From assembly GCA_045401155.1 (NCBI GenBank), contig CP174360.1, forward strand, positions 159,035 to 223,034: a DNA stretch of 64,000 nt, given 5' to 3'. This document shows positions 39,172-50,100 of the stretch, one piece after another (within the stretch, counting starts at the first letter, position 1; each line of letters begins with the position of its first letter). The position numbers and the translations under genes are program-made. Below the pieces are notes generated by a model. The model had not been told where the DNA came from. It searched no databases and was given only the letters and a program-made list of their open reading frames with translations. The DNA is from Candidatus Minusculum obligatum (GTDB lineage: Bacteria; Patescibacteriota; Minisyncoccia; Phycocordibacterales; Phycocordibacteraceae).

Positions 39172-40482
39172 ATGATTACTCGAGTCCTTGCAGCACTTAT
39201 GCTCATCGCTGGTATTTCTGCCAGCGTGTTTGTGTTTATGAGTGAGCGTGATGGCGGACCGCTACCACTTTCTTTTGGTCTTGATTTGGCTGGAGGGACA
39301 CATCTTGTCTATAAGGCAGACACAAGCGATCTTGCAGAGGTTGAGCGAAAGGAATCTCTCGTGTCACTTCGTGAGGTGATCGAGCGAAGAACTAATCTCT
39401 TTGGTGTTGCAGAGCCACTTGTACAGATTGAGGAGAGTAGTTTTGTTGCGACAGAACGCGAAGATCGTCTTATTGTAGAGCTTCCAGGTGTCACAGATCT
39501 TTCTGAAGCTGTGCGTGTTATTGGAGAGACACCACTTCTTGAATTCCGTATTGAGGATGAGACAAAGATTCTTGAGGAACTTCCTGAGGATCGGTATGCC
39601 GCAATTGGATTAACAGGCCGCTTTGTGCAAAGTGCAGAGCTTGTATTTGCAGGAGGAACTCAAGGAGGTCTTTCAAATGAGCCTATTGTGCTCGTGCATT
39701 TTAATCAGGAAGGGGCGGATCTTTTTGAGGATGTGACGAGAGAAAATGTAGGGAAGCAACTTGCTATTTTTCTTGATGGGACAGTAATATCAGCACCCGT
39801 TATCCGTGAGGCTATTGCAGGAGGGACGGCACAGATTGCAGGAGGATTTACACCAGAGGAAGCACGGTCACTTGTTCGTGATCTAAATTTCGGTGCGCTC
39901 CCAGTTCCAATCGAGCTTATCTCAACACAAAGTATTGGACCATCTCTTGGCCATGCCATTCTTGAAGACGGTGCGCTTGCAGGAGGATTTGGACTTCTTA
40001 TCATCGGAATCTTTATGGTGGCATGGTACCGGCTTCCAGGGCTTGTGGCATCTCTTGCGCTCATCTTCTATATTGCATTCATGCTTTTGGTGATGAAGCT
40101 TATTCCAATCACGCTTACAGCTGCAGGTATCGCAGGACTCATTCTTTCTCTTGGAATGGCGGTGGATGCAAATGTGCTTATCTTTGAGCGTATGGGAGAA
40201 GAGCTTAAGAAGGGTAAGGGGGTGCGAGAGTCATTGCGTGATGGATTCTCTCGAGCATGGCTTCCTATTCGAGACGGAAATATTTCATCTCTTATTGCGG
40301 CGGTGATTCTCTTCTGGTTTGGAACTTCAATCATTGAAGGATTTGCACTTGTGTTTGCACTCGGAGTACTTCTTTCAATGTTCTCTGCAATTACCATCAC
40401 ACGACTTGTGTTGCTTGCGATTGCACCTGAAGAAGGCGGAAAGGTTTCTCGATTTTTATTTTCTAGCGGTATAAAACTCTAA
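39172..40482 (+). CDS. secD: protein translocase subunit SecD
   Basis: LDLAGGTHLVYKAD..., a periplasmic domain, and a C-terminal 6-TM region (GLILSLGMAVDANVLIFER). Confidence 0.85.
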   Translation: MITRVLAALMLIAGISASVFVFMSERDGGPLPLSFGLDLAGGTHLVYKADTSDLAEVERKESLVSLREVIERRTNLFGVAEPLVQIEESSFVATEREDRLIVELPGVTDLSEAVRVIGETPLLEFRIEDETKILEELPEDRYAAIGLTGRFVQSAELVFAGGTQGGLSNEPIVLVHFNQEGADLFEDVTRENVGKQLAIFLDGTVISAPVIREAIAGGTAQIAGGFTPEEARSLVRDLNFGALPVPIELISTQSIGPSLGHAILEDGALAGGFGLLIIGIFMVAWYRLPGLVASLALIFYIAFMLLVMKLIPITLTAAGIAGLILSLGMAVDANVLIFERMGEELKKGKGVRESLRDGFSRAWLPIRDGNISSLIAAVILFWFGTSIIEGFALVFALGVLLSMFSAITITRLVLLAIAPEEGGKVSRFLFSSGIKL

Positions 40483-40483
40483 T

Positions 40484-41386
40484 ATGTTTGTCGTACACTA
40501 CAGAGCAATTTTCTTAAGTCTTGGTGCAGTTATTCTTGCTGCAGCACTTGGGGCAATTCTATTTCTAGGACTTAAGCCGTCTATTGATTTTGCAGGAGGA
40601 ACACTTCTTGAGATCTCATATACACAAGAGGCACCAGAGCAGCAAGTGATTCAAGAAAAGGTTGAGAATCTTGCAATTGGGTCATATTCAGTACGAAAGA
40701 CAGATGCAGATGGGTACATCATTCGTACGCGTGATCTAAATCAGGAAGAGCTTGATGCGCTTACGGCACTGCTTTCTATTGAGGAGAATGCAGTGTCTGT
40801 TGATCGTGTGACAACTATTGGGCCAACACTTGGAAGTGAGCTTACACGCAAGGCCTTCTTCGCACTCGCGGCTCTTTCAGTAGTGATTGTACTGTATGTA
40901 GCGTACGTATTCCGTCGTGTGAGTAAGCCGGTACCATCTATTTTCTATGGATTTATCGTGGTACTCGCACTGCTGCATGACATTATTATTCCGACTGGGT
41001 TTGTGGCGATCATGGGGCACTTCTTTGGTGTTGAGGTGGACGCGCTTTTCGTAGTTGCACTTCTTGCGATTCTTGGATATTCCGTGAATGACACGATTGT
41101 GGTATTTGATCGCATTCGAGAGAACCTTGCTATAAACACAGAGCGTAATGTAAAAGAGGCTTTTGATATTGTGGTAGGAAAGAGTCTAAAGCAGACATAC
41201 ATGCGGTCTATTAATACGTCAGTAACAACCGCACTTGCACTTCTTGCACTATTTTTCTTGGGAGCTGCAGTGACCGAGAATTTCGCGCTCACACTGCTTG
41301 TAGGAGTTGTAGCAGGAACCTATTCATCTATTTTCCTTGCGGCGCCGCTGCTGGTGTTTGTACAGAAGAAATTCTTTAGGAAGTAA
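40484..41386 (+). CDS. secF: protein translocase subunit SecF
   Basis: IDFAGGTLLEISY..., GYSVNDTIVVFDRIREN. Confidence 0.85.
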   Translation: MFVVHYRAIFLSLGAVILAAALGAILFLGLKPSIDFAGGTLLEISYTQEAPEQQVIQEKVENLAIGSYSVRKTDADGYIIRTRDLNQEELDALTALLSIEENAVSVDRVTTIGPTLGSELTRKAFFALAALSVVIVLYVAYVFRRVSKPVPSIFYGFIVVLALLHDIIIPTGFVAIMGHFFGVEVDALFVVALLAILGYSVNDTIVVFDRIRENLAINTERNVKEAFDIVVGKSLKQTYMRSINTSVTTALALLALFFLGAAVTENFALTLLVGVVAGTYSSIFLAAPLLVFVQKKFFRK

Positions 41387-41388
41387 GT

Positions 41389-41946
41389 ATGTTAATTGGA
41401 CTCACAGGCTCATTTGGTGCAGGAAAAGGAGCGGTTGTTGAGTACCTCAAAGAAAAAGGTTTTGCGCACTATTCTGCTCGTGCGTACATTGTTGAGAAGT
41501 TGAATGAAGAAGGAAAGGAAGTGAATAGAGATTCCATGATTGCTATGGGCAACACTCTTCGAGAGAAGTATGGCCCCGGGCATGTACTCGAGACGCTCAT
41601 AGAACGAGCTAATAACGCATCTGAAAATGTGGTTGTAGAGAGTCTTCGGGCAGTAGCGGAGGTGCACGCGGTACGTGCGGCAGGAGGTTTTATTCTTGGA
41701 GTTGATGCAGATCCAAAGGTTCGGTATGAGCGTGCGTACTTACGAGGTTCTGAAACGGACAATGTTTCTTTTGAGGAATGGAAACAGCAAGAAGATATAG
41801 AAAATAATACAGAAGATCCCACAAAGCAGAATATACAAGGTGCGCTCGCGCTTTCAGATGTGGTGGTTATGAATGATGGTTCCTTTGAAGACCTGTACAA
41901 ACAGGTTGATGCAGCGCTTTTATCTTTTTCAAAGAAAGAGGATTGA
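41389..41946 (+). CDS. P-loop nucleotide kinase (dephospho-CoA kinase / dNMP-kinase-like)
   Basis: LIGLTGSFGAGKGAV Walker A at the N-terminus and a conserved Arg-rich lid segment. Confidence 0.5.
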   Translation: MLIGLTGSFGAGKGAVVEYLKEKGFAHYSARAYIVEKLNEEGKEVNRDSMIAMGNTLREKYGPGHVLETLIERANNASENVVVESLRAVAEVHAVRAAGGFILGVDADPKVRYERAYLRGSETDNVSFEEWKQQEDIENNTEDPTKQNIQGALALSDVVVMNDGSFEDLYKQVDAALLSFSKKED

Positions 41947-42076
41947 CATATTTTTTCATAGGAGTACGGTAAATATATGATTACGAACGTTTCGTTTGTC
42001 ATTACATCAATTACAGTCCTTCTGAAGGGCTGGGACCTTGGTGTGTGATAGCGAAATTTCTCTCCACAAACCAAAG

Positions 42077-42104
42077 TCCCGCCCACAAAGGCGGGATTTT
42101 TGTT
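42077..42104 (+). terminator. rho-independent terminator
   Basis: tcccgcccacaaaggcgggatttttgtt. Confidence 0.7.
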
Positions 42105-42155
42105 CGGGAGAGTTGTAGTCAAGGATTGATCTTTTAAAAACGAAAGGGAATACAG

Positions 42156-42515
42156 ATGACTATAACTGCAGACGATGCTGTTGGGTGCGCTTTTGCGCGT
42201 CCTACAGAATCAGCGACAATGACTTCGCATTGCGAAAGTGTCGTGCTCCTTGGAGGTTCGCTTCCTAATAAGGGGCAGAAAGCAATAGAGCGTGCGTACC
42301 GTCGGTTGCCGGAAGAGTGGCGCGCGTACAAGAAAAAGCACCCGCTTCTTCTTCAAGCGATCGATGCGATTCTGGGTTACTCAGAGACGGCCCGCAGTCG
42401 GGCGCTCAAGCACGGTTCACTTGGTGATCTTACCCCGAATATTCCAGCTGATCTTTGCTATCTGGGTCGTTTCCCAGACAGCAAGCTTCAGGAGATCAAA
42501 AAAGCGATCTCTTGA
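42156..42515 (+). CDS. hypothetical 119-aa protein; GC-rich orphan cassette C4
   Basis: About 55% GC. Ribosome-binding site is 'cgaaagggaatacagATG'. Bracketed by a terminator at 42077-42104 and a hairpin at 42525-42551. Confidence 0.45.
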   Translation: MTITADDAVGCAFARPTESATMTSHCESVVLLGGSLPNKGQKAIERAYRRLPEEWRAYKKKHPLLLQAIDAILGYSETARSRALKHGSLGDLTPNIPADLCYLGRFPDSKLQEIKKAIS

Positions 42516-42729
42516 AATGAAAATGCCGCCCTTGGTTTATCCTCGGGCGGCTTTCCACATCATTTAGGGCAATAAAAACACATAAGCGAGAGCGCTTTGT
42601 GAACAGAATATTTAGTTGTCTTCTTCGCTTCTTGGCAAAGCTTTGACGGCTTTCTCCACTATACGAGTTTGTATATTTTCTGCAAGAAAAAAAGTGGATA
42701 GGGAATAGAATTTTAATACTGTCTACGCC

Positions 42730-42757
42730 TTGACTCGGGAGTGTATATCCGTATAAT
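42730..42757 (+). promoter_or_regulatory. candidate 16S rRNA promoter (TTGACT-16-TATAAT)
   Basis: ccTTGACTcgggagtgtatatccgTATAATgg, about 150 nt upstream of the mature 16S 5' end. Confidence 0.55.
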
Positions 42758-42904
42758 GGCCCCACTGTCTAGAAAGGCAGTTTTTGATTGATTTTTGAAA
42801 CACGAGTCTAGTCCATTGGAGCTACCAAGTGACTAGATCATAGAGTACGTAATGATCACTGAGTTAAGTGGAATGAAATATATTTTCTTTCGTTCCGCCT
42901 ATTC

Positions 42905-44362
<1,458 letters not shown>

Positions 44363-44550
44363 GTGGACTTCTTGTACTTTGTACAAGTACGGCGATCATC
44401 TGTTTTACAGATGTGGACATGGCACTCATCCAGAAATGGTGCCCGGCGTACCTACAGTCGGAAGTAGGTCGTTGTGTTGTCGAATTCGCAACATAACGTG
44501 AATAGGCGGAACGAATGAGTATATATTTCAGATTTACGTACACTATGAGC

Positions 44551-44580
44551 AAAAAACACCACAGTCGTGGTGTTTTTTGT
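44551..44580 (+). terminator. rho-independent terminator after 16S
   Basis: aaaaaacaccacagtcgtggtgtttttt. Confidence 0.75.
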
Positions 44581-44594
44581 TTGATTTCAATATG

Positions 44595-44622
44595 TTGCAT
44601 TTTGTTGTTTTTATGGTATAAT
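44595..44622 (+). promoter_or_regulatory. consensus-like promoter (TTGCAT-16-TATAAT) for cassette C5
   Basis: ttgcattttgttgtttttatggtataat. Confidence 0.5.
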
Positions 44623-44659
44623 ACTTTTAGTAGGAATAGCACAGAAAGGGGAATTAAGT

Positions 44660-44944
44660 ATGTGCGCGTATCCTGCAGAATATCCAGTTGACCCTATTGC
44701 ACAGCTCCGCAAGGAGATGGGCACGGGCGGCTGGAGACATCGTTTGGTCCGAGTGTTTCGCACACGGGTCAGGCAGTTCTTCACAACCTGCGAGCTTTTC
44801 TTTGCTCGCAAGAAAAAGAGTTCGTATGTGGCAGACCCCATTGCCGCATTTGATCACGAGTATGCAAGGACAATCGAAGTTCTGTGCTGGGCATATGCCT
44901 GGTATTGTCTTACCGTGATCTTCCACGCGATTCTTCTTCTATAG
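44660..44944 (+). CDS. hypothetical 94-aa protein (C-terminal hydrophobic segment); GC-rich orphan cassette C5
   Basis: Ribosome-binding site is 'aaaggggaattaagtATG'. GC3-rich codons. Tandem hairpin terminators at 44951-44980 and 44989-45012. Confidence 0.45.
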   Translation: MCAYPAEYPVDPIAQLRKEMGTGGWRHRLVRVFRTRVRQFFTTCELFFARKKKSSYVADPIAAFDHEYARTIEVLCWAYAWYCLTVIFHAILLL

Positions 44945-45283
44945 AAACAGGCCCCGGTGCAGTGATGCACGGGGCTTTTCTAATGCAAAGGCCCCGAAAG
45001 TAATCGGGGCCTTGATTGCCACTTCAGCGATTGAAGTTGCGCTGGAATAGTGATCCGTGCACACCTTCGTCTGCGACGATTCGGTCGCGAAGCTTTTCCA
45101 TTCGAGCTTCGAAGTTGTGCACGCGGCCAGGCGCTTTTTCTCCGCTCTTGGTTACTGAGCGTGGCGGTTTATTCAGGCGGTTTTGGTTTTGCCCTTTACA
45201 CAAAGGGTCCCCCTTTCTTTTGAATGAACAGTGACAATATATTCAAAATACTCTTCTTTATTTACTCCGTCAATCTTTAGGGT

Positions 45284-46561
45284 ATGCTGGTGTATATGTT
45301 TTCAGGGAAGAGAGTTACGGTTATGGGACTTGGGCTTTTGGGGCGCGGTGTTGGAGATGCCGCGTATTTGGCAGAGCAGGGTGCTGAGGTTTTAGTGACA
45401 GATCTAAAGAGTAAAGAGGAGCTTCAGGTTTCTGTAGATAAACTTTCTCATTTTTCTAATATTTCTTTTGTGCTTGGAGAGCACCGTCTAGAAGATTTTG
45501 AAGATAAAGATTTTATATTGAAGGGGAATGGCGTACCGCTTCAAAATAAATATATTGAACATGCACAGAGCAGTGGTGTGCCTATTGAGATGAGCGGTGC
45601 ACTTTTCCATGCGTATGCTGGTATTCCCATGATCGGTGTTACCGGTACTCGGGGGAAAAGCACGATTACTGAGCTTATTCATCACGTACTCGGGAGTAGA
45701 TCATTGCTTGGTGGGAATATTCGAGGTGTTTCTAATTTACAGCTTTTAAAAGAAGTTGAAGGGAAGGAAGTCGCAACTTTTGAGTTGGATAGCTGGCAGC
45801 TGCAGGGCTTTGGGTATAGAAAGATTTCTCCGCAGGTTGCGGTGTTTAGTAACTTCATGGAGGATCATCTTAATTACTATGGAGATATGGATACGTACTT
45901 CATGGATAAGGCGCAGATTTTTCTACATCAAAAAGAGGATGGTGTTTTGATTGTTGGAGAGGGTGTAGAGGACCGCATAAAAGAGTATCGAAGTGACTAC
46001 ATTGTTGCGAAAAAAGAAGATGTAGATTTTTCTTGGGTACCGGGATTAGTTGGAGAGCACAATCATGAAAATGTTGCATGCGCGTATCATGCGCTCAAGA
46101 TGCACGGACTTTCTGATGAAGAAATTAAAAAGGGATTTTTAAGCTTTGCGCCGGTTGAGGGGAGGCTACAGTTTGTTGGTGAGTATAGAGGCGTAAAAGT
46201 TTTTAATGACAATAATGCAACGACGCCAACTGCTACTGCTGCAGGAATTGCCGCATTGAAAGGAGAGGGGAGGTTGATTGCCATTATTGGCGGAGCAGAT
46301 AAAGGGTTAGATGTGTCTCCACTTGTAGATGTTTTGGGAAGTGTAGATCATGTAATCCTGCTTGCAGGTTCTGGGACAGAGAAATTGGGAATAGGTGGTG
46401 AGATGTTTGATGATATAGAAAAAGCACTTGCGTCTGCATTTTCTATTGCAGAAGAATGTGACACTATTTTATTTTCACCAGGATTTGCATCCTTTGGAAT
46501 GTTCCAAAATGAGTATGAGCGTAACGATGCGTTTATGCAGGCGCTGTCTCATTTTGAATAA
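45284..46561 (+). CDS. murD: UDP-N-acetylmuramoyl-L-alanine--D-glutamate ligase
   Basis: KRVTVMGLGLLGRGVGDAAYLAEQGAEV...IGVTGTRGKSTITELI. Start may be the internal Met at 45296. Confidence 0.85.
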   Translation: MLVYMFSGKRVTVMGLGLLGRGVGDAAYLAEQGAEVLVTDLKSKEELQVSVDKLSHFSNISFVLGEHRLEDFEDKDFILKGNGVPLQNKYIEHAQSSGVPIEMSGALFHAYAGIPMIGVTGTRGKSTITELIHHVLGSRSLLGGNIRGVSNLQLLKEVEGKEVATFELDSWQLQGFGYRKISPQVAVFSNFMEDHLNYYGDMDTYFMDKAQIFLHQKEDGVLIVGEGVEDRIKEYRSDYIVAKKEDVDFSWVPGLVGEHNHENVACAYHALKMHGLSDEEIKKGFLSFAPVEGRLQFVGEYRGVKVFNDNNATTPTATAAGIAALKGEGRLIAIIGGADKGLDVSPLVDVLGSVDHVILLAGSGTEKLGIGGEMFDDIEKALASAFSIAEECDTILFSPGFASFGMFQNEYERNDAFMQALSHFE

Positions 46562-46787
46562 ATAAAAGGCGCTTCTTACAGCGCATACGAATTCGTTGTT
46601 TATTTTTGTGTCGTCGCAGTTTATCTGCGAGGGTCGATTGGTATCGATTGTATCTTTTTGATTGTCGCTCTCTGGTTGCTCCTTTGTGGCACATAGCTTG
46701 GCAGGCGTGTGTTATCTAGTAAGCATATACACTATAGCGAAGTTTTAGGAGTGTGGTAAAGGTGGTTTTGCACAAAAGAGAATTTCA

Positions 46788-46816
46788 TTGCTCTATTGCT
46801 TGGTATTTGCTAGTAT
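46788..46816 (+). promoter_or_regulatory. candidate promoter (TTGCTC-17-TAGTAT) 15 nt upstream of tRNA-Ile
   Basis: Read from sequence. Confidence 0.45.
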
Positions 46817-46831
46817 GGCGTCTACGCATAT

Positions 46832-46904
46832 GCGCGCATAGCTCAGTTGGCTAGAGCATTCGACTGATACTCGAAAGGTCCTAGGTTCGAATCCTAGTGC
46901 GCGC
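46832..46904 (+). tRNA. tRNA-Ile (anticodon GAT); CCA not encoded
   Basis: Acceptor GCGCGCA/TGCGCGC, D arm GCTC-AGTTGGCTA-GAGC, anticodon arm TTCGA-CTGATAC-TCGAA, T arm CTAGG-TTCGAAT-CCTAG, discriminator A. Confidence 0.9.
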
Positions 46905-47038
46905 ACAAAAAGGTATATTGCATTACATATGAAAGATCGTTTTTGGTTCAAGAGAATGTATTTCGGTATTGGTTGGGTACCAGCAACATGGCAGGGAGGT
47001 AAGAGATAGCAGCAAAAGAACACACACTTATATACAAG

Positions 47039-47063
47039 AACGCTCGGAAACGGGCGTTTTTGT
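47039..47063 (+). terminator. rho-independent terminator after tRNA-Ile
   Basis: aacgctcg-gaaa-cgggcgtt followed by TTTG. Confidence 0.6.
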
Positions 47064-47113
47064 ATTGGTTGCGTGTAATAATAAGTGCACCATGAGCATT
47101 TTGTTCTTTTTGT

Positions 47114-50100
47114 ATGAAATTTAGATTTCTCACAAGTGCAACAGTTCCCATTTGGTATAAAACAGCACTTGTTGCTATACCTATTTTTATATTTTTATGG
47201 AGTGTATTTCTCACGCCTTTTTTGACAGCGCTTCCAAAAGATTTCTCATACGAAGCAGACATTAGCTCAGTAGATAATTTTTATGATGAGACTATCGGGG
47301 AGTATTTAGGGGAGGAGTACTCTGTAACGACGTTTTCATATAATGCAGAACGAAGCTTGAGCGGCGTTCTTGATATTACACATACATTTAATGTGCGCAC
47401 CCAGGCCGGGGAGCCAATTTTTTCTGTTGAGAGAATGTACGGTATCGACAGGTTCACGCAGGAACATGTTTCAGGGTTTGGTGATGCAGACAGGTATGGA
47501 TACTTGTTTGCGCCAAAGTTTTTAGATGAAAGTAAGGAGTTTACCTATTGGCATATTAATTATGATGCGCCTGCACAAATGGAGTTTGTGGCAGTGGAGA
47601 AGATACTGGGTCTTGAAGTGCTTCGATATCATTCATCATATGAGGGAGAGTGGATTGATCAAACTGAGAATCTTGCCTATTTACCGGGGGTTCCTGAGGA
47701 GCGTGGTGTTGTAGTAGAGCCAGAGCTTACCATATGGGTGGAGCCCGTATCTGGGCACTTAGTTAAGTATGAAGATGAGACTATCGCATATTACTATGAT
47801 CAGGAAACAAAGGAAAAAATAGTCCCATGGAACAGGTTCAGCAACACACTAACAGAGCAGAGTGTGCGAACACATGTTGCCAGTGCACAAGATGCAAAGA
47901 CAAAAAATCTGTTTTATGTATGGTACGTGCCATTGCTTCTTGGGCTGCTCTGGGCAGGGCTCATTGTTTTTGGGAAGACTGTTATCTCAGAGTTTGTTCA
48001 AAAATACATACACTCAAAAGTAATTATTCCTATAGCTGGAGGGTTTCTTATGCTCTCAGCGGGAGTTGTTTTGGTTGATTGGGCGTTACAGCTTGGTGCC
48101 GTATTTCAAATATTTTCAAGTGGAGCAGGGATGAATCCACTTACCGCGCTTACATTTTTTATTATAGGACTTGCGCTAGTTTTTCTTTCGCAAAAGAAGA
48201 TGAAGATTGTGTTTGTGCTAACGGGAGGTGTTATCTTCATCCCTATTTTAAATGTACTTAGTCTTACAAACACCATTCCTATAGATGTTGACCTCATTCT
48301 CTTTAGGGATGCAATTGAGAGTGCGGGAGTACTTTCGCGGATGTCCTGGTTTACAACCATCAACTTTATTTTTCTAGGAATATCAGGACTCGCGTTGCAA
48401 GATTTTCCGCGTCGCATAAAACAATTTTTTTCATTTTTGCCGTTTGGAACACTTGCCGCAGCATTGCTTGCAATTGTTGGATACATAGCAAAAGACCTTG
48501 CACTCCTAGAGTTAATTGTCTTTTCTGGTGTAGGACTAAACACCGCAATTTTGTTTATTGTTGTTTCTATTGTGGCTCTATATATTTACGGATTCCGTAT
48601 TTCTCGAACATCAGGACTTTTGTTTAGTGTATTTTTCACCACATTATTTATTTCTACAATAATGTATTCCTACGTAGTGTCGATTAGTGCACAAAAGCTT
48701 GATGTGCTTTTTTCTGTAGAAACTGCTGCGGTACAAGATACGATTCGAGATAGGTTGAGTATTTATGCAAACACACTCGCAGGTGGTGTAGGTCTCTTTA
48801 ATGCTTCAAATGCAGTAAGTAGAGAGGAGTGGCGTGCATATGTTGAGGCAATTTCAGTGCAAGAAAATTATCCTGGTATCCAGGGTGTTGGGTATGCTGT
48901 TGTGGTAGAAGATGAGCAGGCGCTTATAGAGGAGGTGCGAAACGAAGGCTTCCCTGAGTTTAGTGTGTATCCAGAAAGCGATGAAGAGTTGCGCACAAGC
49001 ATCATTTATCTTGAGCCATTTGATTTTAGAAACCAGCGTGCTTTTGGGTACGACATGTTTTCAGAACAAAATCGTAGACTCGCTATGCAGCGCGCCCGAG
49101 ACTCAGGGCTTCCAAAGATTTCTGATAAGATTACTCTCTTGCAAGAGACAGAGAGTGATGTACAGGCGGGGTTCTTGATGTACTTGCCAGTATACAAAAA
49201 GGGAGACACTCCAATTGATTCTATTGATAGTCGAAGGGCGGGTATTGAAGGATTTGTATACGCTCCGTTCCGTATGAATGACTTTATGGGGGGTATGCAA
49301 AATACGTTTGATAACGAACTTGCCTTTCGCATGTTTAGTGGAACAGAAGCAGACATTGATCAATTATTATATGCTCAAAATGGATCTGCATTTACGGGTG
49401 TCGGAGGAGATGAGGGGGTGTATTCAACAGTCTTTTATGCTGCAGGGCAACCGTGGCTAATTCAGTTTAAGCAACTCCCGTTCTTTGGAGAAGGTGTACG
49501 CGACACAATCTTGCCTCCGTTTATTGCGGCCGTTGGTATCATTGTGAGTTTGCTTGCAACTTTGATTTTATATGCACTTCTTTCTTCTCGAGAGCGTGCA
49601 CTCGCGTATGCAGAGCGTATTACGCAAAACCTAAAGTTGAGTAAGGATCAACTTCTTGAGGCAAAGACACAAACAGAAGCGCTTCTTGGAAGTATTGGAG
49701 AAGGTGTGGTTGCGGTATCTATGACCGGGGAAATCATGTTCGTAAATGATTATGTAGAAAATTTCTTTGGTCGCAAAGGAGAGGAATTTAAAGGGCAGAA
49801 ACTCTTTGATGTAGTTGATGTTGCAGATGAAAATGGGAAAGAAGTTCCTCTTGAGTCATGGTCTGTATATCGTGCGATAAAAACAAAGAAGCGAGTGGTT
49901 GAAACACGGCATATGGTGCGCCTAGATGGAGGTGAGTTTAAGCCTGTGTCTATTACAACAAGCCCAATCATTGTAAATGACAAACCAGTTGGTGCGGTTG
50001 CCGTGTTCCGTGACATTACACAAGAGCGTGCGATAGACCGAGCAAAAAGTGAGTTTGTATCCCTTGCGTCACATCAGTTGCGCACACCACTTTCTGCCAT

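Noticed and set aside
45016-45234. 72-aa Arg-rich +strand ORF in the GC-rich spacer before murD.
   Set aside because: The composition (R/S/F/L-rich, no structure) looks like an out-of-frame reading. I kept the region only as a GC-rich segment of uncertain coding status.
46948-47262. 104-aa minus-strand ORF.
   Set aside because: Overlaps the tRNA-Ile terminator and the 5' end of the sensor kinase; no signals.
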